A stretch of DNA of 64,000 nt, taken from Squalus acanthias (lineage: Eukaryota). Positions within the stretch are counted from its first letter, which is position 1, and each line of letters opens with the position of its first letter. The notes under the pieces are model-generated. The model had not been told where the DNA came from. It saw nothing but the letters and a program-made list of their open reading frames with translations, and searched no databases. The stretch covers positions 1 through 64,000 of the forward strand of contig JASTWF010000345.1 in the NCBI GenBank assembly GCA_030390025.1, read 5' to 3'. Both the position numbers and the translations under genes were made by a program. Shown piece by piece: positions 23,588 through 35,658 of the stretch.

Positions 23588-24818
23588 TTATAGTTTGAAA
23601 TTGTTGAACTCAATGTTGAGTCCAGAAGACTGTAAAGTGCCTAATCGAAAGATGAGGTGCTGTTCCTCAAGCTTACGTTGAGCTTCATTGGAACAGTGTA
23701 AGAGGCCGAGGACAGAGAGATCAGAGTGGGAGTGAAGCGGAGAATTAAAGTGACAGGCGACTGGAAGCTCAGGGTCACCCTTACGGACTGAACGGAGGTG
23801 TTCCGCAAAGCGGTCGCCCAATCTGCGTTTGGTCTCCCCAATGTAGAGGAGACCGCATCGTGAGCAGCGAATACAATATACTAAATTGCAAGAAGTACAA
23901 GTAAATCGCTGTTTCACCTGGAAGGGGTGTTTGGGGCCCTGAACAGTGGGAAGGGAGGAGGTAAAAGGGCAGGTGTTGCATCTCCTGCGCTTGCACGGGA
24001 AGGTGCCGGGCGAAGGGGAAGAGCTGTTAGGGGTGATTGAGAAGTGGACCAGGGTGTCGCGGAGGGAGCGGTCCTTTCGGAATGCTGAAAGGGGAGGTGA
24101 GGGGAAGATGCGTTTAGTGGTGGGATCACGTTGGAGGTGGTGGAAATGGCAGAAAATGATCTGTTGAATGTGGAGGCTGGTGGGGTGAAAGGTGAGGACA
24201 AGGGGAACTCTATCATGGTTCTGGGAGGGAGGGGAAGGGGTGAGAGCAGAAGTGCGGGAGATAGAACGGACACGGTCAAGGGCCGTGTCAACCACAGTAG
24301 AGGGGAATCCTCGGTTGAGGAAAAAGGAAGACATGTCGGAAGCACTGGTATGGAAGGTGGTATCGTCAGAACAGATGCGGCGGTGATGGAGAAACTGGGA
24401 TAATGGAATAGAGTGGGAGGAAGTGTAGTCCAGGTAGCTGTGGGAGTCAGTGGGCTTGTAGTGGATATTTGTCGATAGCCGATCGCCAGAAATGGAGACA
24501 GAGAAGTCAAGGAAGGGAAGAGAAGAGTCAGAGATGGACCATGTGAAGGTGAGGGAAGGGTGGAAATTGGAAGTAAAGTGAATGAACTTTTCTAGTTCAG
24601 GGCGAGAGCAGAAAACGACACCGATACAGTCATCGATGTACCGGAAGAAGAGGTAAGTGAGGGGACCTGAGTAGGACTGGAACAAAGAGTGTTCCATATA
24701 TCCCATGAAAAGGCAGGCATAGCTAGGGCCCATGCGGGTTCCCATAGCAACACCTTTAATTTGGAGGAAGTGAGTGGAGTCAGAGGAGAAGTTGTTCAAT
24801 GTGAGAACAAGTTCAGCA
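23588..24818 (-). CDS. PLE-A RT (YIDD) + GIY-YIG endonuclease, 5'-truncated open frame
   Basis: GVAMGTRMGP, FRYIDD, LPFLD, HYKPTD, LVYCIRC..CGLLYIGET, GLN. Confidence 0.85.
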
Positions 24819-25148
24819 GCACCGATGCACTCTTTCTCAAAGCTGTCCAGTTCCATTTCATCCTTCGACTCATCCGACGCGTCAACAAAAACTTTTTTTC
24901 TTCCTTTCAGGTGTCAAAGATCGCAAGCTTCAACAACTCTTGGACACCAACGCCCCTCAGGAACTTTCTTCCCCTTCACTTTCCTCTGACTCCATCCCTT
25001 CTTCCAATCTCACCCCCTGCCGTGTTTTCACTATCCCCTCTGACCTTCCCCTCTCTGACCCCGAACGATCAGTCCTCAGCAAAGGCCTGAGCTTCATCCC
25101 CTTACGCCCCAATCTCAATGAATATCTGTTACATCTCCAGCTTTTTCC

Positions 25149-25185
25149 AGTTCTGATGAACGGTCCCAGACCTGAAACGTTAACT
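25149..25185 (+). ncRNA. Minimal hammerhead ribozyme motif, intact core
   Basis: AGTT-CTGATGA-AC-GGTC-CCA-GACC-T-GAAA-CG-TT-AACT. Confidence 0.75.
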
Positions 25186-25559
25186 CTGTTTCTCTCTCCA
25201 CGGATGCTGCCTGGCCTGCTGAGTGTTTCCAGCGTTTTCTGTTGTTATTTCAGATTTCCAGCATCCGCAGTATTTTGCTATTATATTTCTGTTTCTAATG
25301 TTGGTTATACTATTGTCATGTAATATGCAGTGAAATAAAAACAGATATCACAACATAATCAGTTCATTATTACGTGGGACAATATATCTACAGTTTGTAA
25401 TCAAGCAGTGAAATAATTCAAATCATGTGGTACAATAGTACCTCAATCCAAATGACATTAGGCCCCATGCTCGCTATCACTTTCAACATTACACCCATTG
25501 GCCGTACACAAACACCTCACTGAAAATGGAAAGAATCCATCTTATGAACTCCACCTGTC

Positions 25560-25823
25560 TATAGGATATAGATTAGCGCAGGAGGGATTGCGTTTAAAGG
25601 ATGTAGAACATTTCAGGTTTCACATAACATAACAAACAGCTTGAGTTTCAATTCCTTGATATGTTACAGCAATTGTAACATTCCACTCCAGCCTAAGTGT
25701 TATTCTGTATGAAACAGTACGGTAATAACACTCTGCAAGTGGTGTAACATGTAACTAATAGCTGTTTATTTAAAAAATACTCATAACGAAACTATCTTGG
25801 TAACGATGGTTTATTTGAATTTT
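25560..25823. repeat. 264-bp inverted duplication, copy 2
   Basis: Reverse complement of 23309-23572. Confidence 0.95.
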
Positions 25824-25826
25824 TCC

Positions 25827-25863
25827 AGTTCTGATGAAGGGTCCCAGACCTGAAACGTTAACT
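25827..25863 (+). ncRNA. Minimal hammerhead ribozyme motif, intact core
   Basis: AGTT-CTGATGA-A-GGGTC-CCA-GACCT-GAAA-CG-TT-AACT. Confidence 0.78.
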
Positions 25864-26042
25864 CTGTTTCTCTCTCCATGAATGCTGCCTGGCCTACTGA
25901 GTGTTTCCTGCATTTTCTGTTGTTATATTAGAAACAGAACATTATTTACATCTAAAAATAATATCTCAATAGAAACCAACTGTACTCAATCTAAACCTAA
26001 TCTAACAGTAGACCTCTCTATTCCTCGAACCTCAGAAACACA

Positions 26043-27730
26043 TCAGACTCTTGCCTCTGAGTCAGAAGGTTGTGGGTTCAAGTCCCACTCTGGAGATTTG
26101 AGCACAAGATCTAGTCTGACAGTCCCAGTGCATTACTGAGAGAGTGCTGCACTGTCAGATGGTGCCGTCTTTCAGATGAGATGTTAAACTGAGGCCCTGT
26201 TTGCCCTCTCAAGTGGGAGTAAATCTGACATCGGTAGTGGGGAAAATGCTAGAGTCCATTATAAAAGATGTAATAGCAGAGCACTTGGAAAACAGTGACA
26301 GGATCGGACAAAGTCAACATGGATTTACAAAAGGTAAATCATGCTTGACTAATCTACTGGAATTTTTTGAGGATGTAACTGGTAGAATAGATAAGGGAGA
26401 ACCAGTGGATGTGGCGCATTTGGACTTTCAGAAGGCTTTCGATAAGGTCCCGCATAAGAGATTAGTGTGCAAAGTTAAAGCACATGGGATTGGGGGTAAG
26501 GTACTGATTTGGATAGAGAACTGGTTGGCAGACAGGAAGCAAAGAGTTGGAATAAACGGGTCTTTGTCCGAGTGGCAGGCAGTGACTAGTGGGGTACCAC
26601 AGGGATCGGTGCTAGGACCCCAGTTATTCACAATATATATAAATGATCTAGACGAGGGAACTAGATGTAATATCTCCAAGTTTGCAGATGACACAAAGCT
26701 GGGTGGGCGTGTGTGCTGTGAGGAGGATGCAGAGAAACTCCAGTATGATTTGGACAGGTTGGGTGATTGGGCAGATGCATGGCAGATGCAGTATAATGTG
26801 GATAAATGCGAGGTTATCCACTTTGGTGGCAAAAACAGGAAGGCAGATTATTATCTGAACGGCAATAGATTGGGAAAAGGGGAAGTGCAACGAGACCTGG
26901 GTGTCCTTGTGCACCAGTCGCTGAAGGTAAGCATGCAGGTGCAGCAGGCGGTTAAGAAGGCAAATGGTATGTTGGCCTTTATAGTGAGAGGATTCGAGTA
27001 CAGGAGCAAGGATGTCTTGCTGCAGTTGTACAGGGCCTTGGTGAGACCACACCTTGAGTATTGTGTGCAGTTTTGGTCGCCTTATCTGAGGAAGGATGTT
27101 CTTGCCATGGAGGGAGTGCAGCGAAGATTCACCAGACTGATACCTGGGATGGCAGGAATGACGTATGAAGAGAGATTGGGTCGATTAGGCTTGTATTCGC
27201 TAGAGTTTAGAAGAATGAGAGGGGATCTCATTGAAACTTTTAAAATTCTATCAGGACTAGACAGACTAGATGCAGGAAGGATGTTCCCGATGGCGGGGGA
27301 GTCCAGAACCAGGAGTCACAGTCTAAGGATAAGGGGTAAGCCATTTCGGACTGAGATGAGGAGGAATTTCTTCACCCAGAGAGTGGTAAACCTGTGGAGT
27401 TCTCTACCACAGAAGGCAATTGAGGCCAATTCATTAAATATATTCAAGAAGGAGTTAGATATATTTCTTAAGGCTAAAGGGATCAAGGGATATGGGGAGA
27501 AAGCAGGGACAGGGTACTGAATTTGGATGATCAGCCATGATCTCATTAAATGGCGGAACATGCTCGAGGGGCCGAATGGCCTACTCCTGCTCCTATCTAC
27601 TATGTTTCTATGTTTCTATGTAAATGTTCCTATGACACTATTCAAAGAAGAGCAGGGGAGTTCTCCCCGATGTCCTGGCCAATGTTTATCCCTCAACCAA
27701 CATCACTAAAGCTCTTTGGGATGTCCTGAG
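26043..27730 (+). mobile_element. Deu-domain SINE split by a CR1 insertion
   Basis: tRNA head with B-box GGTTCAAGTCC at ~26075; body resumes at ~27620. Confidence 0.75.
26225..27619 (+). mobile_element. Young 5'-truncated CR1 LINE with uninterrupted RT frame (stop at 27520)
   Basis: QHGF, LDFQKAFD, GVPQGSVLGP, KFADDTK; TTTCTATG tail; 6-bp duplication GTAAAT at 26219-26224 and 27620-27625. Confidence 0.93.
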
Positions 27731-27894
27731 GATCGAGATAAGCCATTTAAATTTAGAATCAGTCGATGTGAGGTCATCGAGGACTGGGAAGAAGGATTAG
27801 TTTGGATAAGTGTTGGGCAGTGAGAAAGACTGACCTGCACCTCTGACTATGCTTACAGATCCGCTGGCCACCCTAATGCTGCCTTGATTTATAA

Positions 27895-28804
27895 CAGGTT
27901 ATAGTCCAACAGCTTTATTTGAAATCACAAGCTTTTGGAGCGCTGCTCCTTCGTCAGGTGAAGTGAAGAGATGCATATAGGCACAGCATATATAGTCAGA
28001 GAACACTGCCAGATGATTACAGTTAATATTTCTAACTGCCCTTTATCACACCTCGGCAGAGAGACAATCACGGCAATCAAAGGTGTGGATGGTGTCCAAA
28101 CAGGTCAGCCAGGAAAACATTACATCAAAGACAATGAGGTGGGGTCACAAGGGGTCAAATGTGGCAGATGCTGGGGTCTGTATGGAAAACAAAAAACTTT
28201 TTTTGCTGGAAATCACAGCAGGTCCGGCCGCATCTGTGTAGAGAGAACAAGCCAACGACGACTCGAGTCTGGATGACTCTACGTCAGGTGGGGTTACATG
28301 CAGCGTGACATGAACTTAAGATCCCGGTTGAGGCCGTCCTCATGGGTGCGGAACTTGGCTATCAGTTTCTGCTCGACGATTTTGCGTTGTCGTGTGTCTC
28401 GAAGGCCGCCTTGGAGAACGCTTGCCCGAAGATCGGAGGCTGAATGTCCTTGACTGCTGAAGTGTTCCCCGACTGGGAGGGAACACTCCTGCCTGGCGAT
28501 TGTTGCGCAGTGTCTGTTCATACGTTGTCGCAGTGTCTGCATGGTCTCGCTGATGTACCATGCTCCGGGGCATCCTTTCCTGCAACGTATGAGGTAGACA
28601 ACGTTGGCCGAGTCACATGAGTATGTACCATGTACCTGGCGGGTGGTGTCCTCATGTGTGATGATGGTATCTGTGTTGATGAACTGGCATGCCTTGCAGA
28701 GGTTGCTGTGGCAGGGTTGTGTGGTGTCGTGGTCGCTGTTCTCCTGAAAGCTGGGTAATTTGCTGCGAACGATCCACCCCAGTCCAACACCGGCATCTCC
28801 ACAT
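27895..28804 (-). mobile_element. PLE-B 3' fragment (GIY-YIG + UTR) with inverted ~33-bp tail
   Basis: 12-bp TSD CTTGATTTATAA at 27883-27894 and 28805-28816; hammerhead remnant 27925-27961 (GAAA>AAAA). Confidence 0.9.
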
Positions 28805-29399
28805 CTTGATTTATAATGTAGAGCTCTTGAAACTTGAGTGAAAGTATTGTTTGGTTTGTCTCCTGCTTTTGGCACATAAACATGGGTGAGCTTGAAGATT
28901 TTGCATTGAATATGCAGGGCCTGGCTATAACCACACTACATTTACCTTCTCCATTTACAACCTGCTGTATGTCAGCAACAAACCTGCTTCTCTCACATCA
29001 TGTACCTTTTGGGCTGTAACTTGAAATCTGATGATCTTAATTCTGAACTTTAAAAAAAATCATGCTTTGCTTTCTGAGAGACTTTAAATTGCGCTTGATC
29101 AAGCATTAACATCAAGGTGCCTGTCAAGTAGAAAGGAAAGCAGATCATTTTGACATATACTTAATATTCAATATGAAAGGCACTATATAAATACAAGCCT
29201 TTCAATTGTGAGGTTGTGATGCAAAAAACCATGAGGAGAATGGAAAATGTCAGCCGTCATCTTGATTTTAATAATGCTTTCAGCAACACCTTGGAAAAAT
29301 GCTTCTGAATGGTGATGAACCCAGAGGGAAAAAAATACTATCACCCTGAGTTGAATCAGGGTAAGTGGTGAAATGACTGAGAAGCAACAAAGGAGAATC

Positions 29400-29850
29400 A
29401 ACCAGAATGTTACCAAGGCTGCAAGAGTTAAATTATATTACATAAACTAGGCTTGTATTCCCTGGAATATAGAAAGATAATGGCTGATTTGATTGAGGAT
29501 TTTGAAAAGTATTGATAGGGTAGATAGAGAGAAACCTTTTCTGCTGGTGTGGGAGTCTAGGACAAGGGGACATAACTTTAAAATCAGTGCCAAGCCATTC
29601 AGGAGTGAAGTTAGGAAACACTTCTTCATGCAGAGAGTGGTAGAAGTGTGGAACTCTCTTCTACAGAAAGCAGTAGATGCGAGCTCAATTAATGATCTTA
29701 AATTTGAGACTGATAGATTTTTGCAAGTTAAGGGTATTAAGGGATATGGAGCCAAGCCAGGTAAATGGAGTTAGGCTACAGATCAGCCATGATCTCACTG
29801 AATGGCGGAACAGGCTCGATGGGCCGAATGGCCAATCCTGTTCCAATGTA
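29400..29850 (+). mobile_element. CR1 LINE 3' fragment
   Basis: RTRGHNFKI...FFMQRVVEVWNSL and CR1 3' UTR. Confidence 0.85.
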
Positions 29851-30549
29851 TGTGCGTTTCTTCAATATCATATGATTATGGCCACAGACTAGAAAGGTCT
29901 GGAGGCCAGAATCTTGCTGGTATCAAGGTTGCAAGTTAATGTCTTAATGGTACAAGAACAAGAAGGGATGAATAGGTTTGAACACTGAGGTACTGAGAAT
30001 AGTTGAGGAGGTAAGTTTTGAGAATATTGAAATATATGGCCAAAGAAAACAAACATACATGTCAGCAGAGAACTTCCAGCAAGCTGAAAGCTTTGTCTTG
30101 TGGAAACTGTAACAGGATAAGATCAAGACGCAAATTTTCATTTTCAGAATTAGGCAGGTTTTATGAGGGGCGAGCGCTGCACTCTGCCAGATTACTGCCC
30201 AGGTGCTGAAGACAAAAACATACCCCATGGAGAAATTGTTAACATCATTCTCCGTCCATACTGCTTTCCATATTTCATTGTTGTCACAAATTTAATAAGA
30301 TTGTAAGTGCTTTCTACTTCTTGTTCATTTATGCAGATAAGAAAGAACAGTATTATTGACTTTCTACTCCCACCCACCTAATAACATGCTAGCAATGCCC
30401 AGGGGATTAATATGAATTTTTGAATTTTGGCTTCACCAGATATAATCAATGTGATATTTTGTGCTTCACAATAAATACACTAGCCAACCCACCAGAGGCC
30501 ATGTAATCTCTTGGGAGAGGTGAAGAAACAGACAAAAAACAGGTCAATT

Positions 30550-33210
30550 AGGGAAAAAAAGCTGGAAAATTCCTTTCCATCGTTCTTAGGCGATGGAAAC
30601 TCGTCCAGGAAACCACTCTGGCCCTGATTAATGTTATACAGTACCCACCTCTTGCCCCAGCCAGAAACAGGTCCAGCTCTGGCTTGAACAAACTCAGCAA
30701 ATCAGTGTTCATTGCACAAGCCGGCAGCCTGTTCCACAGGTCCATTATCCTCTGGGAAAAGAACCAACTCCTCACACCTAACCTAGTTCTGCCTTTACAT
30801 AACTTGAGATTTTGACCCTTGGTCCTCCCTAACCTATTTAGTTGAAACAAACTGTCTACACAAACAGAATCTCGTCCCTTCATCATCTTATAAACCACAA
30901 TGAAGTTACCCATGAGCCTATGCTTCTCTAGACCCAGCTCTTTGAGCCTATTTTGGTAATTAAGTTGCTTTAAACTAGGAATTAATCTTCTGGAACTCCT
31001 TTGCACCCTTTCCAAAACCTCAAAATCACCCAACATGTGAGGAGACCAAAACTGGATACAGTATTCTTGTTTTATAGTGAATTGTCCTGTAAATGCACCC
31101 TAGCACCCTATATGCCCTAATTATTGCTTCATGACATTGGTCATGAACCGTTAGAGATCTATGCACTAGAACACCCCGATCTCTTTCATAAGAACATAAG
31201 AAATAGGAGCAGGAGTAGGCCATTTGGCCCTTCGAGCCTGCTCCGCCATTCAATAAGATCATGGCTGATCTTCTACCTCATCTCCACTTTCCTGAACTAT
31301 TCCTTGATTCCCTTAATATTCAAAAATCTATCAATCTCTGTCTTGAATATACTCAACGACTGAGCATCCACAGCCCTCTGGGGTAGAGAATTCAAAAGAT
31401 TCACCACCCTCTGAGTGAAGAAATTTCTCCTCATCTCAGTCCTAAATGGCCGACCCCTTATTCTGAGACTGTGACCCCTGGTTCTAGACTCCCCAGCCAG
31501 GGGAAACATCCTCCCTGCATCTACCCTGTCAAGCCCTGTAAGAATTTTATATGTTTCAATGAGATCTCCTCTCATTCTTCTAAACTCTAGAGAATATAGG
31601 CCTAGTCTGCTCAATCTGTCCTCATATGACAATTCCCCTATCCCAGGAACCAGTCTGGTGAACCTTTGTTGCACTCGCTCTATGGCAAGTACATCCTCCC
31701 TTAGGTAAGGAGACCAAAACTGTACACAATACTCTGGGTGTGGTCTCACCTGGGCCCTATATAATTGCAGTAGATGTCTTTACTCTTATACGCAAATCCT
31801 CTTGTAATAAAGCCCAACATACCATTTGCTTTCCTAATTGCTTGCTGTACCTGCATGTTAACTTTCAGTGATTCATGTACAAGAACACCCAAGTCCCTCT
31901 GAACACCAACATTTCCCAATCTCTCACCATTTAAAAAATACTCTGCTTTTCTATTTTTCCTACCAAAGTGGATAACTTCACATTTCTCCACATTATATTC
32001 CATTTTGCCATCTTCTTGCCCACTCACTTAGCCTGTCTATATCCCATTGAAGCCTCCTTGCATCCTCCTCACAACTTACATTCCCACCCAGCTTTGTATC
32101 ATCAGCAAACTTGAATATATTACATTTGGTCCCCTCATCCAAATCATTGATGTAGACTGTGAATAGCTGAGGCCCAAGCACTGATCCTTGCGGTACCCCA
32201 CTAGTTACAGCCTGCCAACCCGAAAATGACCCGTTTATTCCTACTCTCTGTTTTCTGTCTGTTAACCAATCCTCAATCCATGCTAGTATATTACTCCCCA
32301 ATCCTATGAGCCCTAATTTTGTTTAATAATCTCTTGTGTGGCACCTTATCGAATGCTTTCTGAAAATCCAAATACACCACATCTACTGGTTCCCCCTTAA
32401 CTATTCTGCTAGCTACAATCTCAAAAAACTCTAACAGATTTGTTAAACACAATTTCCCTTTCATAAATCTGTGTTGACTCTGCCCAATCCTATTATTATT
32501 TTCTAAGTGCCCTGTTACCACGTTTTTAATAATAAGGTCAATCAGGGGAAATTCCCGCTGGTTGGCCAGAACCTGATGGAGGCGGGACTGAAACCCAGCA
32601 AGCAGCAGTCCCGCCTCCAAAAGCTTCCCATTCAGAAAATCCAGCCCTTAGTATTTGTTTAATTTCTCTGCCAATTCCTTATTCCCCATTATAATTTCTC
32701 CTGTCTCAGCCTGTAGGAACCCACATTTACTTTTGCTATTCTTTTCCTTTTTACATACCTATAGAAACTTTTACAGTCTGTTTTTATGTCTCTCGCTAGT
32801 TTACTCTCATATTCTATTTTCCCTTTCTTTATCAATTTCATGGTCCTCCTTTTCTTTCTCCATCGGCTTTAGTTCTTTTCCCTGAAGGGTGTATGTATAT
32901 TTACCATTCACCTTTCCCACATGCATAACACTACACATTACTAACTTAAACAGAATTTGCCAGTCACGAGTCCAATCCCCCAGTGCATCTAGATCCGCCT
33001 GTAGTAGTCGAGCATCGTCTACATGCCTGACTCTTGCACGTATCTTAGTATAATTTGCAAACTTGCTGATCATTCTCCTAACATCTATATCCAGATCATT
33101 AATGAAAATAGTAAATCGCAATGGTCCTAACACTGATCCCTGTGGGACACCACTGGTGACCGGTCTCTAATCAGATTCCTATCCATCTACAACCACTTTC
33201 TGCTTAATTT
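30550..33210 (-). mobile_element. Nested CR1 LINEs (older copy interrupted by a younger copy ~31187-32535) plus a small MITE end ~32543-32647
   Basis: Multiple CR1 RT ORF pieces; TTCTTATG tail at ~31187-31203; AAAATCCAGCCC TIR ending ~32647. Confidence 0.85.
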
Positions 33211-33669
33211 AAGGATCTAGGCACTATATTTTCAAAAATAAAGATTAAAAGCATTATTTGATGGATTATTGCTGAAATGAAATGCAGTATAAATACATGG
33301 TCCAAAGTAATCATTTCAGCTGTAATGAGCCGTCCATAGCTGTCAGTACAATGAGTACTCATGCTTATCCCCTCTCTTCCCAGAAGAGACTGTAAAAAGT
33401 GCTGAAAACTGACACTGTTTATAGAAAAATATGCAAATGGTGCATTAAGCCCCTTTCCCTCCAGTGTACCTTTGTAAAATGATGAAAATTAAAATTGGTT
33501 CTTAAATGTGACTGCAACGGAGAATTTCTATCACTATTGCACTAAAAAAAACGAACGTAAAAGATAACTCAGCCATTATCATTTACAATCTGTTAAATGT
33601 AATGTATTATCAGGATAGTTCTGTCTGTAAACATGAAGTAAAATAGGAGAGCACTGTCTGCAGAGATCA

Positions 33670-34511
33670 GGACCGCAAAATTCGACTCTGTAGTGCCCGT
33701 TGTTTGGGCGCTACAAGTGCCATTTAGGTTCCAAAATAGTGTCCGCGCCGCATACACGCATTCTGGCACAGGCTACGCCGGACACCATCTTGGGTGGGGT
33801 GTAGCGCCGGCGCAAGGAGCGTCCGCCGGAAGAATGCAGAGTAGGCAGATCATGATGTCAATCAGCGTGCAATGCTGTTTTGACATCAGTGCTGCCATTT
33901 TAGAGCTCAGTGCTCCAGCTAATGCCCTCTCTTAACCTCACACAGCAGAACACGCGTTCAGCAGCAGAAAGGACCCCCCACCAGTGCTATTTAAAGGGAT
34001 CATTACCTACTTACAGGATAGTTGCTGATTGAGTTTTACTGGCTGTTGCTGTGATTGTACAAGTGTTTGGTGCTTTCTAGAGTTCTTTAAAGTTGCTAAA
34101 GTCTACAGAGAGTGGTGTGGCACATGCTGAAGGACTTTGTCCTGACTTCAAGGATTCTGCACAGACCACTTGCTCCAAGATATTGGTCCACTAGTCGGCA
34201 TTCCACTTGGCCTACAGCATGACAGGGAGAATAAGCAGAGGTGACACAGAGCAGGTCAAGCTGCTGGAAGAGGGAGGAGGAGGAGGGGAGAGAAGGGGCT
34301 CTCAGCAGGAGCCATATCTCCCCAGGGTTTTCAAGGAGCAATACTCCTACCTGAACCTCAGCGAGGAACAGTGTCTGAGACATCTGCGCTTCAGTAAGCC
34401 ACAACTGCAACCTCAGAACAGGACAAGGACCACATTGCCAGTGGCTGTGAAGGTCATGGTGGCCATGAACGTTTATGCGTCAGACTCCTTCCAGGTCAGA
34501 GCAGGAGATAT
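33670..34511 (+). mobile_element. Harbinger fragment (terminus, promoter, transposase 5' part), related to 14426-16961
   Basis: Colinear with reverse complement of ~16080-16961; YLPRVFKEQYSYLNLSEEQCLRHLRF. Confidence 0.82.
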
Positions 34512-34739
34512 TTGAAACTTCCCTGTTGTCTCTTAATCTCTCCTGCCTTCCATCCTATCTCAGACCTTCCCTTTTGTTCTTTCCTCCCCTCCCACCTCTC
34601 CCTGCCCCTACACTTACTTAAAAACCTGTTACATCTCCAACTTTTTCCAGTTCTGACGAAGGGTCATCGACCTGAAACGTTAACTCTGTTTCTCTCTCTA
34701 CAGACCTGCTGAGTATTTCCAGCATTTTCTGTTTTTATT
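34512..34739 (+). mobile_element. PLE-A pseudo-LTR fragment
   Basis: Matches ~7480-7695. Confidence 0.85.
34649..34685 (+). ncRNA. Minimal hammerhead ribozyme motif, intact core
   Basis: AGTT-CTGACGA-A-GGGTC-ATC-GACCT-GAAA-CG-TT-AACT. Confidence 0.78.
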
Positions 34740-34791
34740 CTTTAACTACAATGATTGCATCATCCCTCTCTTTTGTGAAGACAGACACAAA

Positions 34792-35554
34792 GGGCTGGAT
34801 TTTGATACTGGGGCGGGTTCGGGTCGTGTCATCCGCATTTCGTGTTAGCCACCCGACTGAAATTGGATGTGGGAGATTGATGCAATTTTTACTTAATTGG
34901 GCAATTGAGTTCCAGCATGTGGGAACCCATGAACCAATTAGTGGTTTCAGTCTGAAAGTCACCTCTGATGATGTCATCATTGCTGCTGCATTGCAGGTCA
35001 GAGACTGCCTGGTCTCAGAGACTGCCTGGCCTTTGCTGTGAGAGGACCTGCAAAATGAGCAGCATCAGAGAGAGAGAGAGAGAGAGAGAATGAGAATTTT
35101 TTTTGCATCCAGGTCCTCACAGCAAAGGCCAGCCAGTCTCTGAAGACATTCAATGCAGCAGCATCAGAGCCGACTTTCAGACCTAATACTACTACTACCT
35201 TCATCACATCTCCGTTGTAATAGTGGACCTGCAGCTGATAGTCAGCTATCCACTTGTGCTCCCGCCAGGTTTCACTGGCGTGTTTCAGATCAGGCGTGCT
35301 TCACGTGGAAAAGGGTTAAACTAGCTAAAACGTTTCAAAATGGCATTACGGAGCCAATTTAGGGCTTGTTAAGGGCTTTAATGGCCTCTCCCGCCTCTTG
35401 GGGGCGGGACGGAGTCGGGAACACCGCACACGATTTTATCAAAATTGCGTGGAGGCAGAATGGAGTCGGGATCAGGTCCGCCCGCCACTTTTCGCAATTT
35501 TAACCTCCCACACGCCTCCAAACCCGACTCCACGGCCCTATGAAAATCCAGCCC
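34792..35554. mobile_element. Harbinger-type MITE (763 bp) inserted in a CR1 fragment
   Basis: 12-bp TIR GGGCTGGATTTT; AAA TSD; empty site visible in the CR1 copy at ~59511-59535. Confidence 0.88.
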
Positions 35555-35658
35555 AAAGTATTCATTAAGAACCATACCCATGTCTTCCGCCTCCACACAC
35601 AAGCTTCCTTTTTGGTCTCTAATAGACCCTACTCTTTATTTAGTTATCCTCTTGCTCT

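Larger units (their letters stand above)
23573..25926. mobile_element. Complex Penelope-like family A insertion
   Basis: Minus-strand RT/GIY-YIG (~23573-24818); plus-strand N-terminal piece (LSDPERSVLSKGLSFIP, to ~25122); pseudo-LTRs at ~25123-25286 and ~25820-25926 enclosing inverted non-PLE DNA. Confidence 0.88.
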
